The notes under the pieces: generated by a model
The model's database searches: none
What the model saw: the letters and a program-made list of their open reading frames with translations, nothing else
Told to the model about the DNA's origin: nothing
Translations under genes and position numbers: made by a program
NCBI GenBank assembly: GCA_036253495.1
Contig: GCA_036253495.1_4125.1
DNA from: a phage
DNA length: 64,000 nt
Direction: 5' to 3' (one strand)
Shown: in pieces, positions 46,392 through 55,874 of the stretch
Position numbering within the stretch: position 1 is the first letter of the stretch
Layout of the letters: each line of letters opens with the position of its first letter

Positions 46392-46934
46392 ATGCCTGTA
46401 TTTTCAAAGAACAAAACAACAGAGATCATTTATAAATCAAAAGAATTTGAAGTACTAGAAGAATTTGATAGAGATTCATTTGATGGATATAAAATAGTAA
46501 AAGAAAAAGGAACTATCAATCATATTGTTGAGTACATGGGAGGTGTAGAACTAGCAAAAATCACTTGTAGACCTACAAAAAACCCAGTAATTTTTTCTGT
46601 TCGCTATGGACATTACGGAGAAGAGCGATATAATTCTAATACAGTATCAAGGAAATTCCATGTTGTAGATGGGAAATTAGAAGGGGAATCCAGACAATAT
46701 AGTGTTCTTGGACTTCCTTTGTCAGTGAAGTACTTCCATCAAGGACATGATGTTACTATTGAAATTATGGATTTTATTGGGTTCAATGGTACAGTAGATG
46801 ACTTCAACTTCTATGTATTAGCAGAAGATGAAGCATTCAATATAATGATGAAGTACGGTTCTAGATTTAAATTTTTATATGAGTACAACCTGGACAGTAA
46901 ACTGTTCGATAATATCTTACAGAACTGTCTATAA
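46392..46934 (+). CDS. hypothetical protein
   Basis: track ORF 180 aa; SD AAAAGGAA. Confidence 0.65.
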   Translation: MPVFSKNKTTEIIYKSKEFEVLEEFDRDSFDGYKIVKEKGTINHIVEYMGGVELAKITCRPTKNPVIFSVRYGHYGEERYNSNTVSRKFHVVDGKLEGESRQYSVLGLPLSVKYFHQGHDVTIEIMDFIGFNGTVDDFNFYVLAEDEAFNIMMKYGSRFKFLYEYNLDSKLFDNILQNCL

Positions 46935-46951
46935 TTAAAGGACTTAATGAT

Positions 46952-47479
46952 ATGGGGAAAAAGGATAATCCCACAAAAAACAAACATTCGGTACACTTCA
47001 GTACTGGAAAAGATAACTGGACTACTCCAAAGGAATTCTTTGAAGATTTGGATGAAGTCTGGGGATTTACACTTGATGCAGCATGTGTTAAAGAAACTGC
47101 ATTATGTGACAAGTTTTTTACACCGGAAGATGATAGTCTTTCACAGGATTGGGGAAACAATATCGTCTTTCTTAACCCACCATACAGCGACCTGAAACCT
47201 TGGCTATCTAAGGCAGTTGATGCTTATAATAATGGTGCAACAGTACTGATACTTGTTCCATCACGTACTGATACAATTGCATTTCAGGAATATGCATCTA
47301 AGCTTTGTGACTGTATTTGTTTTATTAAAGGACGTTTAAAATTTGGCATCCCTGAAGAACCAGATAAAAAGACTGATAGTGCTCCATTCCCTAGCTGTTT
47401 AATAGTACTGGATAAGTACTTAACACCAGCTAAAATCAACCATCTTAAATCTATCGGTCAGGTGATGAAGAATATATGA
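46952..47479 (+). CDS. phage Dam-family DNA N6-adenine methyltransferase
   Basis: track ORF; NPPYS catalytic motif, FTLDAA, WTTPKEFFEDL N-terminal block. Confidence 0.8.
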   Translation: MGKKDNPTKNKHSVHFSTGKDNWTTPKEFFEDLDEVWGFTLDAACVKETALCDKFFTPEDDSLSQDWGNNIVFLNPPYSDLKPWLSKAVDAYNNGATVLILVPSRTDTIAFQEYASKLCDCICFIKGRLKFGIPEEPDKKTDSAPFPSCLIVLDKYLTPAKINHLKSIGQVMKNI

Positions 47480-48015
47480 AAGACACTTGTATAGTAACGT
47501 ATGGACGTATAAATCCAGTGCATTTGGGACATGGGTTAATTTTTGATAAAGCCGTATCGATGAAAGAACAATACAATGCTGATTTAAAAATATACCTTAG
47601 TACTACACAAGATTGTATTAAGAATCCATTACCACCTGAATTGAAAATGTATTACACTGAGGGTTTCTATCCAAGAATTCAACACAACATCAGTACTGAA
47701 GATAATCTTTTTGATATTATGCAGGAATTGAATGGTAAGTACAGTGATGTTCTTTTCATATGTGGTTCAGACAGGATAGAAAACTTTCAAAATGTACTTG
47801 ACAGATACAATGGAAACTTGTATAATTTTCGTAATATAAAAGCAATCCAAGCTGGTATAGACCGAACCGTTAGCAAGTACAGTTCAACTGAAATGCGTTC
47901 TTTTGCTAAGCGTGATGATTTTGAAAGCTTCAGTTCTTATCTACCAGGTGATGATAATGACTTGAAAATAAAACTTTTTAAAGATGTAATAAAATACATG
48001 AGGAAAGAACCATGA
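47476..48015 (+). CDS. HxGH-motif nucleotidyltransferase (NMN/NaMN adenylyltransferase-like)
   Basis: YGRINPVHLGHG (GxFxPxHxGH-type) near N-terminus and SSTEMR (ISSTxIR-like) near C-terminus; ATGA coupling to methyltransferase. Confidence 0.6.
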   Translation: MKDTCIVTYGRINPVHLGHGLIFDKAVSMKEQYNADLKIYLSTTQDCIKNPLPPELKMYYTEGFYPRIQHNISTEDNLFDIMQELNGKYSDVLFICGSDRIENFQNVLDRYNGNLYNFRNIKAIQAGIDRTVSKYSSTEMRSFAKRDDFESFSSYLPGDDNDLKIKLFKDVIKYMRKEP

Positions 48016-48305
48016 CAGTACTCTTCAAAACTAACCCAGTACTATGGGAACAAAATGAAAGTTCAGGATATCGTAATATCCAAGTAGAATACAAAGGTAA
48101 CACTATTGTATCGGTTGTTGCGAACAAAACCCTAGGTGAATGGACATGTCAAGTGGTTCCAATGGGTTATTCATATCGTCTGGATGAAGTTGAATTTCTC
48201 GCTAATCTTTATTCACAAATGCAGTTCATTATGAACTTCCTTTGTACTGATACTGAACTTACACACGATGATGTAATCAACTTACTGGACAATTTACATG
48301 TCTGA
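48012..48305 (+). CDS. hypothetical protein
   Basis: track ORF 97 aa; ATGA coupling. Confidence 0.6.
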   Translation: MTVLFKTNPVLWEQNESSGYRNIQVEYKGNTIVSVVANKTLGEWTCQVVPMGYSYRLDEVEFLANLYSQMQFIMNFLCTDTELTHDDVINLLDNLHV

Positions 48306-48588
48306 AATAAATGATATCACTTCTATCATATTGGATGAGTGTATTTTAGGATCATACGAAACATTTTCAGTACTAGACGGTATAGAACTATGGCACATTA
48401 AATGCCGTGGTATCAATGGCTTCAGTACTGAATGCAAAAAACTCTTGACTTCGTGCAGTACTGAAGGTAAACTGTGTACAGTGAGGTCATCACCGAGTCT
48501 TTCATATACTGGATATATAATTTATCTTGGAAGTGATCATTTATTCTATCTCACCAAGGAGAACTATTTTGACAAATACAAACAGTAA
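48298..48588 (+). CDS. hypothetical Cys-rich protein
   Basis: track ORF 96 aa. Confidence 0.6.
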   Translation: MSEINDITSIILDECILGSYETFSVLDGIELWHIKCRGINGFSTECKKLLTSCSTEGKLCTVRSSPSLSYTGYIIYLGSDHLFYLTKENYFDKYKQ

Positions 48589-49186
48589 TACATATTTTCG
48601 TTACCTACGCCTTGGGCTATCACTTCGTCCAATTCGAGGTAAATGTGATTCTCTTGCTGATTTAGATTATGCATATTCCATTTATGATGATGGTGTACAG
48701 TATGTTCTGGGTGACTTCGGTGAGTTTGAAGAAACCAATGACAGTACTGGTATTATGGACGGCATTGAGAATCTAGATTGCATCGTAAACAGTTCAAGAC
48801 ATGATGTAATCAAAGAAATTCATAAATTTATTGAAACTAACACAGCAAAAACTACATGGTGTTTAGTAGGTACAGATCCACAAATGGCAATTGCTTTTGG
48901 TAATGAAGATGGATATGTAGCACAACTTATCATGGATTTTGCATCTAAAGAGAAATTTGAAGAATTCAAAGCAAAGATGGTTCAATCACTTCTTCAGATG
49001 GGTATCCCTGAAGATAAGATGCCAGAGATTCAAGATATTGAAGAATTTGTCTTAATTCCTTCAGATGAAAAATATGACGTATTATTCAGTACTCTGAACA
49101 TTCCAGGTGTTATCGTTGAAAGCTTTGATGACGATGATGGTGAAATCTACATCGAACTGGATGATGATGACGACGACGATGAATAA
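48569..49186 (+). CDS. hypothetical protein with poly-Asp C-terminal tail
   Basis: SD AAGGAGA + TTG 48569 (track ATG 48527); tail DDDDGEIYIELDDDDDDDE. Confidence 0.6.
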   Translation: MTNTNSNTYFRYLRLGLSLRPIRGKCDSLADLDYAYSIYDDGVQYVLGDFGEFEETNDSTGIMDGIENLDCIVNSSRHDVIKEIHKFIETNTAKTTWCLVGTDPQMAIAFGNEDGYVAQLIMDFASKEKFEEFKAKMVQSLLQMGIPEDKMPEIQDIEEFVLIPSDEKYDVLFSTLNIPGVIVESFDDDDGEIYIELDDDDDDDE

Positions 49187-49191
49187 TAATT

Positions 49192-49220
49192 ATGCCCGAC
49201 TTTGTTCGGGCATCTTTTTA
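49192..49220 (+). terminator. rho-independent terminator
   Basis: ATGCCCGACTTTGTTCGGGCAT hairpin then CTTTTT. Confidence 0.75.
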
Positions 49221-49231
49221 AGGAAAAGTAA

Positions 49232-49504
49232 ATGGACTATCGAGTACTGAATAGAACATATAAAGCTTTATACAAAACATATATTGAAAGTAAAGTACAT
49301 AATCCTATCATTTATAAAAATCCAGTTTATATTATATGGAATGAATATTTTACAATGATTCAAAATTACTTTTACTCTAACGAAATCTTTATAGATGGTG
49401 AAATGCGTAAGCTAACACGCGTTGATAGTATAGGTGGTGAAATTGTGTTATTCTATACTGATTCTATTATTGGACAACAATCTATAAATTTAGAGATATT
49501 ATAA
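49232..49504 (+). CDS. KYIGK-family small protein
   Basis: track ORF; MDYRVLNRTYK N-terminus; VDSIGGEI block. Confidence 0.65.
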   Translation: MDYRVLNRTYKALYKTYIESKVHNPIIYKNPVYIIWNEYFTMIQNYFYSNEIFIDGEMRKLTRVDSIGGEIVLFYTDSIIGQQSINLEIL

Positions 49505-49770
49505 TGAATTATAAGGATTTACATTTCACCTATAAACTAACATTTTATATGTATCGTTATGCTGATAACAACTTCATGGATAATGCATTTTATCATCGTT
49601 TGTGGAGTGATTATATAAATTCTTTACGTGAACATTTTATAGGTACTATAATTCAATACGAAGGTAAAACAGTAAAAATATTTCAAGTTGATAGTTACAA
49701 CGGGGATCTATGCTTCAAGGGTAGAGATTCTAGTGATGGATTACATGAGATTTATATCTATGAATTATAA
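49504..49770 (+). CDS. KYIGK-family small protein
   Basis: track ORF; MNYKDLHFTYK; HFIGT..VDSYNGDL. Confidence 0.7.
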   Translation: MNYKDLHFTYKLTFYMYRYADNNFMDNAFYHRLWSDYINSLREHFIGTIIQYEGKTVKIFQVDSYNGDLCFKGRDSSDGLHEIYIYEL

Positions 49771-50035
49771 GGATTTACAATTCACGTACAAAATTCTTCA
49801 TGAACAATATGAACGTGGTGAAGGAATATTAACTTACGATGAACGAGATTTTTTTCTTACATTGTGGTGTGAATATTTGGCAATGATTAACGAGATTTTT
49901 GTTGATAAAGAATATATGATTGACGACATGACTGTACGTATTATCAGAATTAAAAGTTATAATGGAAGTCTTGTTGGAATTTACTATAACAATGAAAAGG
50001 CGAAAAGCGGATTTGTTGATTTGGAGTATCTATGA
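49760..50035 (+). CDS. KYIGK-family small protein
   Basis: ATG 49760 (MNYKDLQFTYK; track 49688). Confidence 0.65.
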   Translation: MNYKDLQFTYKILHEQYERGEGILTYDERDFFLTLWCEYLAMINEIFVDKEYMIDDMTVRIIRIKSYNGSLVGIYYNNEKAKSGFVDLEYL

Positions 50036-50295
50036 ACTATAATGATTTACAATTCACGTATCAACTTTTATATGATGATATGAATAACGAATTAGGTTTC
50101 TACTATGAAGTACGTAATAAAATATGGTCAAATTATCTATCTGAGATACAACATCATTTTATAGGACTTCCAATACGTAGAAATAATAAAAACTATCGTT
50201 GTACTGATGTAGTAAGTCATAGAGGTAGGTTGCGTTTAGAATTCTACCGCAGAGACGGGGACTTCATTGGTATAAATTTACTGGATTTTAAATGA
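50032..50295 (+). CDS. KYIGK-family small protein
   Basis: track ORF; MNYNDLQFTYQ; HFIGL..CTDVVSHRG. Confidence 0.7.
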   Translation: MNYNDLQFTYQLLYDDMNNELGFYYEVRNKIWSNYLSEIQHHFIGLPIRRNNKNYRCTDVVSHRGRLRLEFYRRDGDFIGINLLDFK

Positions 50296-50580
50296 TGAAA
50301 AACAACTTAAAGGAAATACAAGTATTTTATAGATTCTTATACTTGTCATATGTAACAGATGAGTACTATGAAAGTGTGTATTATTTTTTTATGGCAACAT
50401 TACCGTACTATAGTAAGAGATTTATATATAGGAAAATCTATCATATCCAATGGTGAAAAATGTACCTGTACAGATGTTGTTAGTTTTAATGGTTCTTTAA
50501 CACTGTGTTTCAGATGCGATAATAATAGTGGGTCATTTTCATTAAACGTATATCAGTTAGAAGGAATAAATTTTGAATAA
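50295..50580 (+). pseudogene. KYIGK-family paralog split by a +1 frameshift
   Basis: N-terminal half (ATG 50295, 56 aa, family-like) in one frame; C-terminal half (YIGKS..CTDVVSFNG) in the +1 frame as track ORF 50359-50580. Confidence 0.45.
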
Positions 50581-50773
50581 GTGTCCATATTGTAACAGTA
50601 CTCAATTAGCTCGTTTCCGCTTAGATTCAGACTGGGCCACTGGTGCTGGGGATTTCTTTCCCATCAATGATGATGCGGAATACACTGAAGAACAGCACAA
50701 AGATTTTGATAAATCATGGCGACCTGACATTGAGTGCATTTATTGCCTTAATTGTGAGCGTGTACATGACTAA
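50573..50773 (+). CDS. small zinc-ribbon protein
   Basis: track ORF 66 aa; CPYC..CIYCLNC. Confidence 0.6.
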   Translation: MNKCPYCNSTQLARFRLDSDWATGAGDFFPINDDAEYTEEQHKDFDKSWRPDIECIYCLNCERVHD

Positions 50774-51029
50774 AGCTGAACTAATAGTTCATACATATAA
50801 AATGATATACAGTACTGAGTTATCCTGTGGTGCAGATAATCCAGTACTGGACTATTTTATAGAATCTTTGAAAGAACATTATATTGGTAAATCACTGATT
50901 CTTAATAATATTAATTTCACTGTAAAGGATGTAGCACCTGGAAAAAACGTACTAATAGTATGTGTTACTTCATCTGATAACCCAGTATACCCAATAACAA
51001 TAATTTTTGAGGTATTAGGTGATTTATGA
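50766..51029 (+). CDS. KYIGK-family small protein
   Basis: ATG 50766 (track 50643); EHYIGKSLIL. Confidence 0.65.
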   Translation: MTKAELIVHTYKMIYSTELSCGADNPVLDYFIESLKEHYIGKSLILNNINFTVKDVAPGKNVLIVCVTSSDNPVYPITIIFEVLGDL

Positions 51030-51316
51030 ATATCATTTTAATACAGAAAACATATGCTATATTGGTGAAAGATTATTCCATTACATTCGATTCACAAGAA
51101 AGTGCTCTACATAACCTATACAAAAACGTAACACAAGAATACAGAAATATGTTTTCTGACTTAGTAGTAGGAAGATATTTCAGTACTAGAAAATATCCAA
51201 AACTTCAAGCAGAGGATGTTTCTTTTTATTTCAATGGTCATATTACTATTCATAGTTTAGACCAAAATTCACCAACGTACTTAAACTTTTCATTCGATGA
51301 GGTAACCTTTTTATGA
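51026..51316 (+). CDS. hypothetical small protein (KYIGK-family-like N-terminus)
   Basis: track ORF 96 aa. Confidence 0.6.
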   Translation: MNIILIQKTYAILVKDYSITFDSQESALHNLYKNVTQEYRNMFSDLVVGRYFSTRKYPKLQAEDVSFYFNGHITIHSLDQNSPTYLNFSFDEVTFL

Positions 51317-51495
51317 GAACATTATTTTTTATCTGGAGTCTTTTTTCTCTTGCAGTACTGACAGTTGCAGGTGCTTATTCATTTTTAACAATGAATACAT
51401 GGTATATCAATTTACTATTTCCAATTGTCGGTGTAGGTTTAGGATTTACTTTACATAGTGTATGTAAGGATTTCAATGACAAATCAAACAAATGA
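51313..51495 (+). CDS. small membrane protein (two TM helices)
   Basis: track ORF 60 aa; ATGA coupling. Confidence 0.55.
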   Translation: MRTLFFIWSLFSLAVLTVAGAYSFLTMNTWYINLLFPIVGVGLGFTLHSVCKDFNDKSNK

Positions 51496-51760
51496 AGTAC
51501 TTATTGCTGAAACAATGAAGATGATTTATAGTATTACTACAGCACAGAATATGCCCTATCCCATTAAGTCTTTATTGAGGACCGTGTATCTTGTGACTGT
51601 GCAGGAATACTATAAATCCAAGCACAAAAGCATTATTAGTGTTTATCGTGATTATGAAAGGATTCGTATTTTGTACTGGAACAAGAACCGAGTACGTTCT
51701 GAATGTGACCTTGCGGACTTCAAATTAGAGAATCTTTATTGTTATAAAGCGGGACAGTAG
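51476..51760 (+). CDS. hypothetical small protein
   Basis: SD TAAGGA + ATG 51476 (track 51458). Confidence 0.6.
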   Translation: MTNQTNEVLIAETMKMIYSITTAQNMPYPIKSLLRTVYLVTVQEYYKSKHKSIISVYRDYERIRILYWNKNRVRSECDLADFKLENLYCYKAGQ

Positions 51761-51818
51761 TATAAGTAGTGATATAATTGTTGGTATGGAATAATAACTA
51801 ACACAAGGAGCGTGTAGA

Positions 51819-52547
51819 GTGATTGACCGTATCAGATTTGCCAGCGAGTTAGCAAACCAATTAAACATTGCAAATTTCCAAATGCTAACATCCGTAATGG
51901 CAGAACATGCAACTGCATATTCAGTAAGTGGTGTCCAATGCGGACAAGAGAATTTACTAGCTGATGTATACAGTGAAGTGCAAGGTAAACAATATTCAGT
52001 CAAAACATACAAGGATAAGTTTGTTAGTCTGTATATGAACGGCGATATTGAAGAAGAACGTAAGTTTACCGATTTTATTATTGAACGTCGTGTATCAGGT
52101 GTGTCAAACCCGAATGCTGCAAGTGATGTAGTATTTGATGAAGTACTGAAAGATATATACGAAAATGAAGCGAAAAGTAAGAATCATTACAATGTACGTG
52201 AAACTAACACAGTGCTCTTGGGATATGATGAAGACGAATTTTTCTATTATTTCCGTATAACTGAAGTACCTTTTGATTATAAAAAACCACATACCACATG
52301 TGCTCGTGAATTTACTGAAAAGAGTAAAAACTACAAAAAGCACGAAGGCAATCGTTGTAGTGTAAATGGTTATGATGAGAATGGTGTACACATTTATGAA
52401 TGGGTACATCCGAACTGTCAGACTTACACACGTTGCCTTAAAAAGAGATATAATTTAGAAGAACATGAGTCTTTCTACTTCAAAGTTAAGAAGCAAGATT
52501 ATAACAGACCAGACGATTCTGAATTACTTGGTATGATTTACTTCTAA
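51819..52547 (+). CDS. hypothetical protein (242 aa)
   Basis: track ORF; SD AAGGAG + GTG 51819. Confidence 0.65.
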   Translation: MIDRIRFASELANQLNIANFQMLTSVMAEHATAYSVSGVQCGQENLLADVYSEVQGKQYSVKTYKDKFVSLYMNGDIEEERKFTDFIIERRVSGVSNPNAASDVVFDEVLKDIYENEAKSKNHYNVRETNTVLLGYDEDEFFYYFRITEVPFDYKKPHTTCAREFTEKSKNYKKHEGNRCSVNGYDENGVHIYEWVHPNCQTYTRCLKKRYNLEEHESFYFKVKKQDYNRPDDSELLGMIYF

Positions 52548-52555
52548 GGTAAGTT

Positions 52556-52834
52556 ATGAATTTACAAAGAGATGTGTGGACATATGAATATCTTTTAGAA
52601 CTTTATGGTGATATGTATATTAAAAATAAACCATACATAGACGATATAAGGGCTATGATAGATGATTTTTCTTCTGAGTTTATTCCACTTTATACTAATA
52701 AAGAAGTTACACATAAATCAATGAATAAATCAGGTATCATTGATGAAATTGATTTTGATACACATGGTGTGTATTTTTATATTATTTTCTCCAATGATAC
52801 TGTTGGTATATACACGTATAAAGAATTAAAATAA
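52556..52834 (+). CDS. hypothetical protein
   Basis: track ORF 92 aa. Confidence 0.6.
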   Translation: MNLQRDVWTYEYLLELYGDMYIKNKPYIDDIRAMIDDFSSEFIPLYTNKEVTHKSMNKSGIIDEIDFDTHGVYFYIIFSNDTVGIYTYKELK

Positions 52835-52841
52835 GTACAGG

Positions 52842-52867
52842 CCAGCATGGATTGCTGGTCTTTTTTG
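52842..52867 (+). terminator. rho-independent terminator
   Basis: CCAGCATGGATTGCTGG hairpin then TCTTTTTT. Confidence 0.75.
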
Positions 52868-52877
52868 TAGGTACATT

Positions 52878-53177
52878 ATGGACAAAATACAATTAGTTAG
52901 TAGTACTATAACAATGCTTGCTGATGTTGCCAGATGGAGCAGTGGTGGTTCCGTTAGTACTATGCTCGGTATACTCACGCAATACACCTATACATGCAAT
53001 GGAATGTTATATGGTAAGGAGGTTGAAATTGATGATCCCTATGGAATTCCCATATCATATGACCGAGGTGTAATAAAAAGGGTTACTCTGAGACTAACAT
53101 ATCATCCATATTTTGTAGTAGAACTTCCAGATGGAAAATTAAGAGAATATGTTGCTAAAAGGTTAAAACTAAAATGA
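52878..53177 (+). CDS. hypothetical protein
   Basis: track ORF 99 aa. Confidence 0.6.
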   Translation: MDKIQLVSSTITMLADVARWSSGGSVSTMLGILTQYTYTCNGMLYGKEVEIDDPYGIPISYDRGVIKRVTLRLTYHPYFVVELPDGKLREYVAKRLKLK

Positions 53178-53752
53178 ATATTGTAGAATTAAGTACTAAG
53201 CTGATTACTATGCGTAACGAGTGGTACAATTGGTATTATAACGGTACTGACATGGATTTTTCAAAATATCCATTTATGGAATCAGGATGTGATTCAAGAT
53301 ACCGCTGGTTGAGTAAAGATGATTCTGGTTTACATATTCGAGTTGATGATAGTGGTCAGGGAATTATAAAAGATTTACTTCAAGTTGAAGAACTCGTCCA
53401 TGATGAGTGGTGTGATAATGATCCATACCTAGGAAATATAATTTATGTAACTGAAGATGATTGTATATTCGTCATTCAGCGTCATGGTGATTCTATGTTT
53501 TATATAGCAGACAGCAGTACACCTGAAGGTGCAGCATCAGATGGTCTTATTCCTAAGATTAATATATTAGATTTTGGCTTACCTGAGCACTTCCAGATGA
53601 GTACTCTATTCGATATTCCACCGTTTGAGTTCTTTGACGAATTTAAATTGTACTACAGTGATCTTCAGAAATTGAGTACAGAGAGTCGTATTGAAATAAC
53701 TGTCAGGTACATGGACGGGGCAAAATTAACCGACACGGGGATAGAATTTTGA
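53174..53752 (+). CDS. FQxS-family protein (outlier copy)
   Basis: track ORF; motif PEHFQMSTLFD. Confidence 0.65.
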   Translation: MNIVELSTKLITMRNEWYNWYYNGTDMDFSKYPFMESGCDSRYRWLSKDDSGLHIRVDDSGQGIIKDLLQVEELVHDEWCDNDPYLGNIIYVTEDDCIFVIQRHGDSMFYIADSSTPEGAASDGLIPKINILDFGLPEHFQMSTLFDIPPFEFFDEFKLYYSDLQKLSTESRIEITVRYMDGAKLTDTGIEF

Positions 53753-54438
53753 TTAAAGATTTAGATAGAATTTTATATGTACTAAGGGGTGTAATTACTT
53801 TACAACCACAGATTAACCGCATGGAGAGAGCCTTTGAATTAAAATCAAGAGAAACTCCATATTCACATATATCAAATGTAGTTGGCTCATTCTGCTCTGA
53901 AGACTCTGCATATGATATATATGTGTGTGAAGTACAGCCCAGTAATGATCTTGGTTTTGCAATCTTCGATAAAAATCAAGTACTGGTCAGTATGTTTCAG
54001 TGCAATAATCCTTTCTGGAAAACATGCCTGTACCCTGATTGGGCTATGCTTGACCCTACGAAGAGTAAGATTAAAGTATATGACTCTAAGAATGAAGAAG
54101 TTGTTATTGATTTGGATGAATCAATGACAGAGGAAGAACACTTCCAGCTTATGATGATGCGTGCGATGCCAGACTATGAAGCAATGATTAACACAGTACA
54201 ATACATTAAGGATACGATGAGATCATTGTGTAATCATGAGTTTTGTCATCCAGTATCTTATGAACATTTGGATTTAGATTTCAGTACTATCAAGTTTAAA
54301 GATAGTGTTATTGAATATATCCAAGAGAACACTAAATTTGATTTTATTAGTACAATGACAAATAATCCAAATACTAATTTCAGGCATCAGTACAATGAAT
54401 CTTTGTCTAATGGTCGAGATACCAGTTGGTGGAAATAA
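53749..54438 (+). CDS. FQxS-family protein (outlier copy)
   Basis: track ORF; motif EEEHFQLMMMRA. Confidence 0.65.
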   Translation: MIKDLDRILYVLRGVITLQPQINRMERAFELKSRETPYSHISNVVGSFCSEDSAYDIYVCEVQPSNDLGFAIFDKNQVLVSMFQCNNPFWKTCLYPDWAMLDPTKSKIKVYDSKNEEVVIDLDESMTEEEHFQLMMMRAMPDYEAMINTVQYIKDTMRSLCNHEFCHPVSYEHLDLDFSTIKFKDSVIEYIQENTKFDFISTMTNNPNTNFRHQYNESLSNGRDTSWWK

Positions 54439-54439
54439 T

Positions 54440-54703
54440 ATGAATATCCAAGATAGATTGCAATTGTTGCACACACTTGAAGAAGCTGCTTTTGAACTTG
54501 TTAATAAAATTGCACAAGAACTCCCAAAAGGAACCAACATTCGTGTTCGTGAAATGGATTATTTAACGGGAGAAATTGAAGAAAAAGTTCTAACAGTGAT
54601 CAAAGTAACATACTATGAATCAGAGTTATCAATTCAATGTAAGTCAGATAATGGTTACGTTTCCTACTATGGCACAGATGTAGATATAGAGGTAATTAGA
54701 TGA
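54440..54703 (+). CDS. hypothetical small protein
   Basis: ATG 54440 (track 54395). Confidence 0.55.
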   Translation: MNIQDRLQLLHTLEEAAFELVNKIAQELPKGTNIRVREMDYLTGEIEEKVLTVIKVTYYESELSIQCKSDNGYVSYYGTDVDIEVIR

Positions 54704-55845
54704 GTAATTTACGAGAAATATACAATGATTTAATGGAACTATGTGAATCTAATGATGCATTTTTCTATATAGATCACACAAGCCCTGGTGGTGGTTTATA
54801 CCGTGTATTCACCTATCGTCTGGCATCTTATACCGATTTCACAAATAAAAATGCACTAGAAACTCGTGGTTCTATGTGGGAAATTGATTCCAACGGAATT
54901 ATGATTCGTTGTGCAGCACGTACAATGAAAAAGTTCTTCAATGCATATGAAAACCCGTACACAATGTTCAGTACTGATACTACCTGTGATGATATTGCGG
55001 TTGTAATGCCTAAGCTAGATGGATCTATCATCAGCACATTCCGTGATAATGATGGTGAAATCCGTTGCAAATCACACACTTCGTTATCTTCTGACCATGC
55101 TATTAACAGTACTCGACTTTTGAACGAGAACCAAAATCTCTATCAATACATTGATGAAGCAGACCGTTTGGGCTATACTGTGAATCTGGAATACACAAGC
55201 CCAGAGTATCGAATTGTGTTACCATATCAGGTGGAACAGTTATTTGTTCTTAACGTTCGTCATCGTATTAGTGGTGAGTTGTTATGCGGTAAAGCACTAC
55301 GTGATAAGTTTCCATGCCTTTCACAGTACAGTACTAATATGACAGGTAATGACATTCATCATACATTCCCGATTATGCCTACATTTAAAGAGTCAATCGA
55401 TAAAGTACGTTCTATGATTGACATTGAAGGTTTTGTGTGTATAATGAAAGATGGTACAATGTGCAAAATCAAAACTGACTGGTATTGCTCTTTGCATTTA
55501 ACAAAAGATTCCATTCTTATTGATTCCCATTTATATGAAGCTGTACTGACTGGTGCAAGTGATGACTTAAAACAATTGTTCAGTACTGATACATATGCTA
55601 TGGATAAGATATTAAGAATGGAACAATTGGTATTTTCGTGCTATAATGCTTTACAAGATGAGGTAGAAAGCTTCGTCCATGCATACAAGCACTTAGAGCG
55701 AAAGGAATTCGCACAAAAGGTTCAGCAAGATTTACCGAATGTATTGAACCGACAAGGCTTGGCCTTTGCGTTGTACAATGGCAAAAGTGTCGATTATAAA
55801 GAGACTTTACTAAAGTACTACAAAGATGTACTAAAGGATTTTTAG
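54700..55845 (+). CDS. rnlA: RNA ligase 1 (T4 RnlA-like)
   Basis: 381 aa; collinear with T4 RnlA as I recall it: YNDLMELC N-terminus, ligase lysine motif PKLDGS, MKDG..KIK..DWY, GASDDLK. Confidence 0.85.
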   Translation: MSNLREIYNDLMELCESNDAFFYIDHTSPGGGLYRVFTYRLASYTDFTNKNALETRGSMWEIDSNGIMIRCAARTMKKFFNAYENPYTMFSTDTTCDDIAVVMPKLDGSIISTFRDNDGEIRCKSHTSLSSDHAINSTRLLNENQNLYQYIDEADRLGYTVNLEYTSPEYRIVLPYQVEQLFVLNVRHRISGELLCGKALRDKFPCLSQYSTNMTGNDIHHTFPIMPTFKESIDKVRSMIDIEGFVCIMKDGTMCKIKTDWYCSLHLTKDSILIDSHLYEAVLTGASDDLKQLFSTDTYAMDKILRMEQLVFSCYNALQDEVESFVHAYKHLERKEFAQKVQQDLPNVLNRQGLAFALYNGKSVDYKETLLKYYKDVLKDF

Positions 55846-55874
55846 TACTAACTAGCCCAGCACAAGGAGAAGTG

